Source: Candidatus Bathyarchaeota archaeon
GTDB lineage: Archaea; Thermoproteota; Bathyarchaeia; Bathyarchaeales; Bathycorpusculaceae
DNA length: 64,000 nucleotides
Reading direction: 5' to 3'
Assembly (NCBI GenBank): GCA_963811105.1
Contig: CAWEPZ010000011.1
Coordinates: 192,001 to 256,000, forward strand
Shown here: positions 29,840 to 41,614 of the stretch, piece by piece
Numbering within the stretch: position 1 is the first letter of the stretch
Layout: each line of letters starts with the position of its first letter
Made by a program: the position numbers and the translations under genes
The notes under the pieces: generated by a model
Told to the model about the DNA's origin: nothing
Databases searched by the model: none
What the model saw: the letters and a program-made list of their open reading frames with translations, nothing else

Positions 29840-30897
29840 AGCAATGTCTTTTGTTTTTCCAATGAGATCAAACTTGATACTCTCACGCCGATAAGTCTAA
29901 CTTTCTGGTTCTTCTGCAGGTAAGGGGCAAGTTGTTCCCTCGCGTTTTTTTGAAGGTCATAGAGACGGTTAGTTAAGAAGGGCAAAGTTTTGCTTTTGGT
30001 GTGAGTTTCAAAATGTTCAAAACGAATTTTCAAGGTAACAGTTTTGAAAAGTAAATTTTGACTTTCTGTTTCTTTTTGTACCTCAACGCAAAGGTCATCT
30101 AAAGCTTGCAAAATGACAGCAGCATCAGAGGTGTCTTCTTCGAAAGTTGTTTCATGGCTTACACTTTTAACGCCCACACGCTCTTCTACTTCGCTTTTGT
30201 CAATGCCTTTGGCCATCAAATGCATTTGCCAACCCATCACCCCAAAAATTGATGTCAATGATGATGCATCATACTCTGCCAAGTCACCTATGGTATTCAC
30301 CCCAAGCTCTTTCAGTTTAGCTTCAGTCTTTCGTCCTACCCACAGCAGCTTGCGCACAGGCAGTGGCGCTAAAAACACTTCTACTTCTTCATCTCTGACA
30401 ACTGTTAAGCCGTCAGGCTTCTGAAAATCACTCGCGACTTTAGCTACAAGCTTGTTGGGGCCAACACCTATTGAGCAAGTAAGATTTTCCTTTTCTCTAA
30501 TCTCCTGCTTAATCTGCCGAGCCAAAAATTCAGCTTCAACGTAATCTTTAACCTTGCTTGTTACATCCAAAAATGCCTCATCAATTCCCCACTGTTCAAA
30601 ATTTTCCGAGTATTTGCGAGCTATTTCCATAATTTCACTAGAAACTCTGATGTACAATGGAAAATCTGGTGGCAAAAAAACCGCTTCTGGACAAAACCGC
30701 CAAGCCTGTGAGATGGGCATACCTGAGCGCACACCGGCTTTTCTGGCGATATAATTGCTCGTGCTAACGACGCCTCTACCTTTACCCTGTTTAGGGTCAG
30801 CGCCGACAATCACAGGTTTGCTTTTGATTTCTGGGCGCTCTCGCTCCTCAACAGCAGTGTAAAAATGATCCATATCCAAGTGAAAAATTATCCTCGT
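29836..30897 (-). CDS. dinB: DNA polymerase IV (DinB)
   Basis: RIIFHLDMDHFY, STSNYIAR..GVRSGMP, GIDEAFLD, NKLVAKVASDFQKPDG, VRLIGV. Start placed at ACG 30897 (see findings); the ORF track uses TTG 30879. Confidence 0.93.
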   Translation of the reverse strand, partial: TRIIFHLDMDHFYTAVEERERPEIKSKPVIVGADPKQGKGRGVVSTSNYIARKAGVRSGMPISQAWRFCPEAVFLPPDFPLYIRVSSEIMEIARKYSENFEQWGIDEAFLDVTSKVKDYVEAEFLARQIKQEIREKENLTCSIGVGPNKLVAKVASDFQKPDGLTVVRDEEVEVFLAPLPVRKLLWVGRKTEAKLKELGVNTIGDLAEYDASSLTSIFGVMGWQMHLMAKGIDKSEVEERVGVKSVSHETTFEEDTSDAAVILQALDDLCVEVQKETESQNLLFKTVTLKIRFEHFETHTKSKTLPFLTNRLYDLQKNAREQLAPYLQKNQKVRLIGVRVSSLISLEKQKTLL

Positions 30898-31133
30898 GAC
30901 GATGTCACCCGCGCATATCTTTCCCTTTTTCTACCTCTTTGATAATTAGGTGTTTATTGCCTAAAATATGTCTCCAATCAAATGGGTTTCAATGCCGACG
31001 GAATTACGGATCTCTAATGAGCAGAACCCTGTATCTATTGTTTTATTTTTCTCGCTTTATGTTACATGTCTCTCTTTTTTATTAACAGCATTGTAAGTGT
31101 TTAGAAACTTGCGACTTATCCGAAAATTATGTA

Positions 31134-31249
31134 TTGACGGGTCCCGGATTGTTAACTCGGCGCGGAGCTGAAAATATTCCTTATCTGGGTAAGGGGGATA
31201 TTTTTTGGAGAGGGGCTTTTTCCGCGTTTTGTTACGCCTGACTCGCCAA
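31134..31249. ncRNA. Candidate long-hairpin RNA/element
   Basis: Nested stems TTGACGGGTC/GACTCGCCAA, TAAC/GTTA, GGCGCGGAG/TTCCGCGTT, AAAATATTCC/GGGATATTTT. Confidence 0.4.
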
Positions 31250-31441
31250 TTACTGTGTCTTTTTCAAGGCACTGATAACATCTAAGTCCAAAATTGCTAA
31301 TAAGAACTTGTGACTGTATTGGCACATCTACAGCTCCTGCAAGCCAATATTAAGGAAAGCAGAGCGAAGTAAGCAACAAAAAAATCTGCACTTGCCGAGC
31401 CAATGTTTTTCTACCTCACAAAAAGAAATGAGGTTTTCAAG

Positions 31442-32227
31442 TTAGTCTTCAGCCTCTTTCCAGTCGGATTCAAAACTTTTTTTTATCACGCCTATGAGGT
31501 TGCTGTTGTTTGTCCAAAGAGAAGGGTTTTCGCCTAATCCGCCTTCTTTGGAGGTGGTAATCAAAGCTTCTTTGTCATCGGACATTATGAAGTGATTCAA
31601 AGGTTCACGATGAAATTTTATATGAACAGACGTGCCATCGATGAGTTTCTGCACTTTTTCTTTGAGCAAACCGTCCGGGCTATCTCCTTCAAAAATCAGG
31701 TAAATCTGACTGCCTTTCTTTATTGCCTGCCTGCATTCTTCAGAAAACTGAGACAAAGTCGGAATTATCCTTGCCTTATCTGCAACCAAAGACACTTCTT
31801 TTCTTGAGTTTCTAATCAATTCTGAAGTTTTTGCCAAAATCGCCTTTTTTTCTGCTATCAATATGTAGATGCTTTCTTCCCCAGGAAGCGGGAGTTTCCA
31901 ATCCTTAAGAGACAACTTTTGGACCCTACTTCTCATCCCCGTTAAACGGTCATCAGATCTGTTTTTTTCTTCGGCCACCAGTAAGCTTAATGCATCCGAA
32001 ATGGGAGTTGCTCTGATCTCAGCTGGTTTTCCCAGTAATCTTTCGATTAGGCCCATTTTTTCAAGGCTAGGCAGGATTTTGTAGACGTCTTCTCTGCGCA
32101 CTTTTGAAAACTTCGCTAACTGTGAAACAGTAGTTTTTTCCAGTTTAAGTACAGCTAGATACACCCTTGCTTGATTAAGACTCAAACCCAGACCAAGTAG
32201 TAGGTCGGTGTTTTCGTCATTAGACAT
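31442..32227 (-). CDS. TrmB-family transcriptional regulator
   Basis: LGLSLNQARVYLAVL...VRREDVYKILPSLEKMGLI wHTH; C-terminal D.KEAL...LWTN...F...W domain. Confidence 0.88.
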   Translation of the reverse strand: MSNDENTDLLLGLGLSLNQARVYLAVLKLEKTTVSQLAKFSKVRREDVYKILPSLEKMGLIERLLGKPAEIRATPISDALSLLVAEEKNRSDDRLTGMRSRVQKLSLKDWKLPLPGEESIYILIAEKKAILAKTSELIRNSRKEVSLVADKARIIPTLSQFSEECRQAIKKGSQIYLIFEGDSPDGLLKEKVQKLIDGTSVHIKFHREPLNHFIMSDDKEALITTSKEGGLGENPSLWTNNSNLIGVIKKSFESDWKEAED

Positions 32228-32409
32228 TCAGAATCCCGATTGGTACTTTGTACCTATTTGTATTTAAGAATTTCTTTGCTTTCGCAAACTTGGCAGCTGT
32301 CTTGAGTTTGTAACAGAAAGCTTGACTGATAGAGAGAGACAGATTGATAGACTTTAGGCAGGCACGAGGGTGAGTGAGAGAGTTAGTAGTAGCAAGTGTA
32401 TGCGTTCGC

Positions 32410-32430
32410 AGAGAGAGAGAGAGAGAGAGA
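32410..32430 (+). repeat. (GA)10 dinucleotide microsatellite
   Basis: A followed by ten perfect GA units; shorter AGAGAGAGA near 32331. Confidence 0.9.
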
Positions 32431-32568
32431 AAAAGATTAAGTTTTAGCCCAATTGTTAGAACAATTTGTCCGAATAATCAAAAAGTGGTATTTTTTGAAA
32501 GAAACTGTTTGTCTTTACGCTAATCAGATTTGAGATTGGAATTCTTAAGCGCGTTCAATTACATAACA

Positions 32569-32812
32569 GTCAAAATCTTGTTTCTGTGCAGTTGTTGGTT
32601 AGAGTTGTGCTGTATGCTGTTCTAGTGAATGATTGTGATGTGGATATGTTTTTTGAAGTCTTCGTAGACTGATTTGTTTGTGTATCTTAGAACTATTGTA
32701 AGGATGTCTTTGAGTCCTACTGTTGACCAGTGCATCCACTTATGCTTGCAGCGTTTTGAGACTTCTCCCATAACCGCTCAATTCTGTTAGTAGTGTAGGG
32801 TATCTTAATGTC
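32569..32812 (-). mobile_element. ISH6-like transposase C-terminal remnant with terminal IR-like end
   Basis: Minus strand reads DIKIPYTTNRIERL / frameshift / GEVSKRCKHKWMHWSTVGLKDILTIVLRY; end motif GTCAAAATCTTG at 32569. Confidence 0.75.
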
Positions 32813-33217
32813 GAGCTCTTAACAGAAAAAAAGTCAATGCGGTCTATTGCAAAGATTATGTGTAAATCCCTTATGGCTGTGCGGTTGAAAGCATCTTGCT
32901 TAAGCTTAGAAGAAGATAATGGGAGTGAAAATAACACGCCATTATCTTCTACCCTCATGAAGTTAGTTTTGCCCGATGAGTTGCCTTCAATTGAGGAAAA
33001 ACTCAAGACCTTAGTTGGCGCCTTGCAGCGGCTTGAATCGGGCAAATTGAATAGAATTGGTGTTTTTCGTTTACGAACAATCATTCAGGGCGTGAAAGTG
33101 TACCAGGAGCTCATAGCGCAATATGTCGATTATAGGGGGCTTGAGGCTGAATTGTTAGAATGGAGGGAGAAGTATGCGGACCTTGCAAAAAAATCCACGA
33201 ACCCTCCGGCCAAATAA
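32813..33217 (+). pseudogene. 5'-truncated putative viral protein (HTH plus coiled region, possible terminase small subunit)
   Basis: ELLTEKKSMRSIAKIMCKS..AVR.K...LVLPDELPSIEEKLKTL...YVDYRGLEAEL; N-terminus abuts the IS remnant; overlaps the terminase start. Confidence 0.5.
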
Positions 33218-33560
33218 CTTCATTGATACCCGAGCTAAGACACGCGAGGAAATTGACTCTCTGGAGACCGATAGACTGAGCAAGGTTGAGACGCTTAAGA
33301 CTGATCCGCTTGAATTTTTCTGTCAAATCCTAGGTGTAGAGCCGACAGATTACGAGAAGGAACTTATCGAGCCTTTCCAAAAGAATCAATTTGTGGCTGC
33401 TCGGTGGAGCCGACAATCTGGCAAGAGTTTTACGACGTCTGGAATTTTACTTAATTATGCGCTGGTTAACCCTAATTGATGCATTGGTGTTGTGGTGCCT
33501 AGTTGGCGCCAAACAAAACTTGTTATCCGACGTATTGGGGATTTTGCGAGGCTGGTTGTG
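33174..33560 (+). pseudogene. Phage/virus terminase large subunit, N-terminal ATPase fragment
   Basis: DPLEFFCQILGVEPTDYEKE, Walker A ARWSRQSGKSFT, in-frame TGA at 33477-79, then IGVVVPSWRQTKLVIRRI. Confidence 0.75.
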
Positions 33561-33818
33561 AAGGGAAGTTGCATTCCCCTTACGAATAATTTGATTGAGC
33601 GTTTGATGGGTGAGGTTGCTAAACGCATTAAGCATAGGTGGATGCATTGGAGCACGAAGGGATTGGAGAATCTGCTGAATATCCTTCTGGCAAGGTACTG
33701 CAACAGATGCTTCTACAAAGAAATGAAAGAAAGATACTTAAGCCCAAACATTACACAAATTCAGATTGCGGTAACGTAAGAAAGCTAGCCGATTAAGAGC
33801 CACAACCAAAAATTTGAA
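33561..33818 (+). mobile_element. ISH6-like transposase C-terminal remnant with terminal IR-like end
   Basis: IPLTNNLIERLMGEVAKRIKHRWMHWSTKGLENLLNILLARY; end CACAACCAAAAATTTGAA (33801-33818). Confidence 0.78.
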
Positions 33819-33819
33819 T

Positions 33820-34251
33820 CTATCGAAAGTTGGCCATGTCTATCTCTTGCATTTTTCTCACTAAATGAAATTCAGAGACGTATATTGTGAAAACCATAAT
33901 GAAGCTCATTGCCATTGTCAGTGATAGGCTGCCGTCTTGGCCTCGGAGGGTAAACGTAGCACCTGTTGCCACAGCTACCAAAGCAAATCCCAATGCAAAC
34001 GCCGACAAAGCCGATACCCAAACATTTCTTAACCTTGAGCCATAGCTTAGAATTATACTCGCTAATGTCAAAATTAATATGCCGTCTATTATGTGCGCTG
34101 CGACTTCCGCTCCGCCGGAGTAATTGGCGAAGTTCTGAGGAGTAGTCAGGGGTATTTTGACAAATAAGTTAATATTCATGCCGAGATAGAACTGGATAAA
34201 AATTAAAACAGTTTCAATACCGAGCAGGATTTTAATTAACTTAAAACCCAT
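33820..34251 (-). CDS. Hypothetical membrane protein (about 4 TM)
   Basis: 143 aa; IQFYLGM..NLF; four hydrophobic segments. Confidence 0.75.
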   Translation of the reverse strand: MGFKLIKILLGIETVLIFIQFYLGMNINLFVKIPLTTPQNFANYSGGAEVAAHIIDGILILTLASIILSYGSRLRNVWVSALSAFALGFALVAVATGATFTLRGQDGSLSLTMAMSFIMVFTIYVSEFHLVRKMQEIDMANFR

Positions 34252-34464
34252 AATTATTAGATAGTTAGCACCGTATTATAAGCTTTTACAGAAAACCCTA
34301 AACACTCAAATTATTTGCGATAAAGGAATAATCTTCAGTTTCATAACTATGCAAAAAAAACTGATACAATATGAGTATACGCCATGCATAGGCAAACAAG
34401 ATTTCGGCACACACTGTCATACCGAAAAGCTGCTTCATCAAATATCGCTCAAACACCATCATGG

Positions 34465-37487
<3,023 letters not shown>

Positions 37488-38167
37488 CATAGGTGGTGTT
37501 TGTTTGGCGTTTGGTGAAACAACATTTCGAATATGTATAGTGTGTTGCGTCGTTGTTCTTGTTTGCCTATGCATGGTGTCATTTTGATCTTCGCGCAATG
37601 ACTTGGCGAAGTCTCGTCCACCCTTCACTCCCCATCGACATGGTGAGGAGTTGCATCTCTTTATATGGCATAACCCATATTGCTGAATTGCATTAGAAGC
37701 GGCTTTCACTGATATAAGCATTATGTTGAGACTTATTGAGGTTTATTGTGAGATGATTTCTTGCTTCGGTGTCATTTTTGAGACTTTCTAAACTTCACGT
37801 TTTCACTCGACGTTGGTTAGGTGCCGAGTCGCATGGAATTATAGCTTAAGCAGGCCTTATTCATATAAGGATGACGGCATAATTGGCACACAATATGTAT
37901 TATGTGTTTTAATTAGCACTTTTAAGATTAACGTTTGCTTACATTTATGGATGACTAATTGAATTTTAGCAAGTACCCATCTTGTCACCAATGAGGAATA
38001 AAGAAAATCAACAAATCGTGTAACCGCAGAAAAACCTGCATTTTTGATTTTAGCTTATAGTTTAGATTTTCATGAAACGAGATTATTGACATTGCAGATT
38101 TTTTTAGTAGTAACTTTTATTTGGGTAAGGTTTAATGTGATGGTGTATTCTGGGCTCTTTGGCGGGT

Positions 38168-38244
38168 GCCTCGATAGCTCAGCCCAGTAGAGCGGCTGCC
38201 TTGTAAGCAGCAGGCCGCGGGAGCAAGGCCCGCTCGAGGCTCCA
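38168..38244 (+). tRNA. tRNA-Thr(TGT) with atypical D- and T-loops; CCA encoded
   Basis: Acceptor GCCTCGA/TCGAGGC, D-stem GCTC/GAGC, anticodon stem GCTGC/GCAGC with loop CTTGTAA, T-stem GCGGG/CCCGC with loop AGCAAGG, T73, CCA. Confidence 0.88.
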
Positions 38245-38350
38245 CGAAAATTTTCGTCCATAAGCCCATTAAATTTATTATAGATTTTCAGTAAATCGGG
38301 GTAAGCTTAAATCACAAAACTTCTAAACCAAAAAACAGTACTAAAAAATA

Positions 38351-38590
38351 TTATTCTTCAGGCGCTTCGGGTTCATCGTCCTTTGCGGTTGGGTTTTTGC
38401 CTGTAAGTTTGTATTTACGTGCTTGTGTTTCTATTATTTCGTGCTCGAAAAACTTCTTTATTGATTTGAAGACTTTTTTGCATGGTTCGCCTGTCTTGTC
38501 GGTTATTTCTTGAAGAGTTAGTTCTTTGCCTTCGGCCTTTAGAGTTTGATAGACTTTTTCGTCGGTTTTATTAAGTTTCATATGGATCAC
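38351..38590 (-). CDS. Small winged-helix DNA-binding protein
   Basis: LNKTDEKVYQTL...LTLQEITDKTG...KVFKSIKKFFEHEII. Confidence 0.7.
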   Translation of the reverse strand: MIHMKLNKTDEKVYQTLKAEGKELTLQEITDKTGEPCKKVFKSIKKFFEHEIIETQARKYKLTGKNPTAKDDEPEAPEE

Positions 38591-38704
38591 TGCCTATACT
38601 ATTTCTTTGTGTTATGGTGAAAGGGCTTTTTCAATTTTGCGGTTAAATCTTTAGAGAAAATAGATATCAACTAGAATTTTCAATAGCAAATCAATGTGTC
38701 CGTA

Positions 38705-39043
38705 TTATTTCTTCCCAAAAGTTTCAGGGTTAATCTGCCTATACTTACCATCCTTATCAACTACGTACATATGGAAGTCATATTCGTCGCAGTAATTCTT
38801 AACATCGATATATCGCTGCTTGTTGCCTTCAAACATTTCAGGGGTTACTATTTCACAAATACGAGTTAAACAACCTTTCTTTTCAGCTTGAATATCGGGC
38901 AGGTATCCCTTACCCACCTGAGATGGTTTCTCGTAACCTTCTAAATCCGCTTTAACCGTCCAGCTATCCCGTTTCAATTCGTCGGCAACAGCCCTAACAC
39001 ACACATCAACATTATTCTGACTTAATTTTTTTTTCTCAGTCAT
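38705..39043 (-). CDS. Hypothetical protein (possible PD-(D/E)xK-like fold)
   Basis: 112 aa; W.VKADLEGY..P....YLPDIQAEK...ICEI. Confidence 0.7.
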   Translation of the reverse strand: MTEKKKLSQNNVDVCVRAVADELKRDSWTVKADLEGYEKPSQVGKGYLPDIQAEKKGCLTRICEIVTPEMFEGNKQRYIDVKNYCDEYDFHMYVVDKDGKYRQINPETFGKK

Positions 39044-39110
39044 ATTAATCGCCTGAAAATACTATTGTTTTCCCATTTTATTAATAGTTTGAAAATACCA
39101 TTGCTGTAAA

Positions 39111-40076
39111 TTACTGAGAGCTATTTTCCTCCAAAAACTTGTCTATGAAGACTAGCGGCAGACCAAGCAGCGGAAGCGAGAGCATCCAAAGGTCCAAGTT
39201 ATGCCCCAAAAACCATGCGTACCAGGCACTCCAGAAACTGGTGCTTCCAAAGAAAATCCAAGACAAATAGTTCCAAAGAAAATACATCCCCAAACTCAAA
39301 ACAACCACCCCGACACTTCTCCAACTCACAAAGCCAACATCAACCGATTTTTTAGCAAGGTATGCCGCATAAATTGTCAGAGCAAGAAGCCCGAATAATG
39401 TAACTGCGAAACTGATGAGGTGTTGGGGGTAAACTGTCAAGTAGCTATATCCTTTCACCATTACAGTGTAAACCCAGATGCTTGAGTTAAGCAGCCAAAA
39501 CGTCAAAACGTAAAGTGTCCCCGCAATTAGTGCCCACTTCACAACGCTCCTAAATGGATTGGCAGCGCTGAGCTTGTAAGCCAAAATGAATAGAACAATC
39601 GGCAAAACAATGGATTCCACAAAGCTTGGGACAGCATTTAGAACAAAATTGTTTAAAACTGAGGTTGCGGCGCTATTTCTGGAAATCATCATGAGAACAC
39701 TGCGAACATTTGCACCTGCGCTTGTGCTAAGCCCCAACCAATAGATACCCTCAAAAACGATGACCCAACGCAAAATCTTAAACAGTTTAGCTTTCGATGG
39801 AAAATCTCTCGAAAAATAATATACGACACAGGCTACGGCGATGATACTGGCGACAAAGCGGAAAACGATGCCTATCGTACCTGAAATATCCTCAATGTAA
39901 GTGATAAATGAAAAGGATCTGCCGCGACTCCACTCCCCAATCCACTCCAACGTGAACAAGGCATGAAGCGTAAACAGAAAATATGAGAGCACAACAGCCA
40001 GCAAACCAACTTTTACCGAGGTATTCTTATTCGTCATTAAATCACTGTTCTTAAATGTGAAAGAAAATATCTCCAT
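39111..40076 (-). CDS. Hypothetical polytopic membrane protein
   Basis: 321 aa, about 8 TM segments. Confidence 0.8.
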   Translation of the reverse strand: MEIFSFTFKNSDLMTNKNTSVKVGLLAVVLSYFLFTLHALFTLEWIGEWSRGRSFSFITYIEDISGTIGIVFRFVASIIAVACVVYYFSRDFPSKAKLFKILRWVIVFEGIYWLGLSTSAGANVRSVLMMISRNSAATSVLNNFVLNAVPSFVESIVLPIVLFILAYKLSAANPFRSVVKWALIAGTLYVLTFWLLNSSIWVYTVMVKGYSYLTVYPQHLISFAVTLFGLLALTIYAAYLAKKSVDVGFVSWRSVGVVVLSLGMYFLWNYLSWIFFGSTSFWSAWYAWFLGHNLDLWMLSLPLLGLPLVFIDKFLEENSSQ

Positions 40077-40171
40077 GAATCTTATTACATTTACGGTTAC
40101 TATGAATTAACAACGCAAAACTACACTAATTCTTAAATAATAAAAATTATTATAATAAAAAAGGGTTCTAT

Positions 40172-40405
40172 TTGAAACAAAATAGCGAGCGTAAAACAAG
40201 TTTTCTGATTGCGGTTCAAGGCCTTGGTGCGGTGTTTGTGGGTATCTTCTTAGTGGCTTACTTAGGAGGCATGTTTATGAATCCATCAACAACGGTTCTA
40301 CATTTTGAACCTGTTTTCAGAATTCCGCTCATCGTCTTTGGTGCTGGGCTTCTTGGTCTTGTGTCGATTGGCATTATTCTTGCTGCGTCAAAGCAGCGTT
40401 CTTGA
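40172..40405 (+). CDS. Small 2-TM hypothetical protein
   Basis: 77 aa, two hydrophobic helices. Confidence 0.65.
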   Translation: MKQNSERKTSFLIAVQGLGAVFVGIFLVAYLGGMFMNPSTTVLHFEPVFRIPLIVFGAGLLGLVSIGIILAASKQRS

Positions 40406-40440
40406 TGGTACCAAACTTATATGTTAAGATTAGTTTTTAG

Positions 40441-41076
40441 CTAATTTACTGTTCGCCTTGTTCCATTTTCAAACACATAAACCTCGTTGATGAATGATAG
40501 ATCGCCGTTTTCATACACAAGTGCCGAGCCCATAGGTACAGCGAAAATTTTCTTCTGGCTCGACAGTCGTTGCAACATGTTGTCTCTTTCAAGTTTGTAG
40601 TGGACTTTAAGGGTGAGATCTGCTAAGCCAAGACCATTATCAATAATTTTGACTTTCGAATTGCCGCGGCAGGTAATTACACACGTTTTGCAGAGCACTA
40701 ATGCTCCGGCACTTCTTCCAACAATTACGCCAGTATAATTGCGCAGCAATTCATCTACACCTGTATTTTTGAGGCGTTCTGCAAGAATTGTTACAAGTCC
40801 ACCTGTCAAGTAAATCAAGTTAGAGGTTGCCATTTTTCGAGCGATGGTTTCTTTAGAGTCGGAGTACTCAATAAAATCAATTGATTTTGCACCCAAACTT
40901 ATGAAGTAATCAACCAGGCGCTTACGTTTTTTGTAGCTCATGTCAAATGAGGCTCTTGCCCAAGGAAACACGGCGATAACAGGAGAGCCCCCTGCGTCTT
41001 CGAACGCTTTTTCATTGACTTCCTTTGCACTTCGTTTAAAGACGTTTTCTCCACCTAGAAGATACAGTTTGGGCAT
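40441..41076 (-). CDS. Peptidase S51 (peptidase E / type 1 GATase-like)
   Basis: LYLLGG, IYLTGG, GRSAGA, GLGL, VHY. Confidence 0.88.
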   Translation of the reverse strand: MPKLYLLGGENVFKRSAKEVNEKAFEDAGGSPVIAVFPWARASFDMSYKKRKRLVDYFISLGAKSIDFIEYSDSKETIARKMATSNLIYLTGGLVTILAERLKNTGVDELLRNYTGVIVGRSAGALVLCKTCVITCRGNSKVKIIDNGLGLADLTLKVHYKLERDNMLQRLSSQKKIFAVPMGSALVYENGDLSFINEVYVFENGTRRTVN

Positions 41077-41165
41077 AGAAGCAACAAATTGCAGTGGTGC
41101 CTTAAAAGCGAATGCTGCCTATAGAAAAACAAGGCTTATAACTTTAATCGGACAGTAAGCCAACG

Positions 41166-41393
41166 ATGCAAATGACACCTCAAGGATTTGTCGAGTATAA
41201 ACCCAGAGAATTCTGCCAAGACATCCAATGCCCCATTCAACTTGAGCTAAACAGGCTTGGGGAGAATTCCTCTGCATATGAGGAAACACGACAAAAATGC
41301 AGCAGCACCTGCCTATACACTACATGGCAATTTCACCACTGGTTAATAGAAAAAGGCTACCTAATCCTAAAACCATTCGAAAGAAAAAAATAA
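41166..41393 (+). CDS. Small Cys/His-rich hypothetical protein
   Basis: EFCQDIQCP...C...CLYTTWQFHHWL..KGY. Confidence 0.7.
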   Translation: MQMTPQGFVEYKPREFCQDIQCPIQLELNRLGENSSAYEETRQKCSSTCLYTTWQFHHWLIEKGYLILKPFERKK

Positions 41394-41614
41394 GCAAATA
41401 GGTCTTGCTCCACATATGTCATATTTGAACTAAATTTTCTTTCTTTAAAATTCAAAATCATATGGAAAAACGGCGTTGCGGGGCTGTTATCTCTATATAC
41501 TCCGCGGTGCTCTTGTATTGTTTGTCGGGATTTTTCGAAAGAATATAGCACCCTGTTCCAACTTAGCTTGCGTATATAGGTAATTCTGACATCCAAAATT
41601 GGAAGAGATAAAGT

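Noticed and set aside
33477-33479. In-frame TGA in the terminase as selenocysteine or programmed readthrough
   Set aside because: The gene is also truncated by an IS fragment and the position is not an obvious catalytic Cys; simple decay is more likely.
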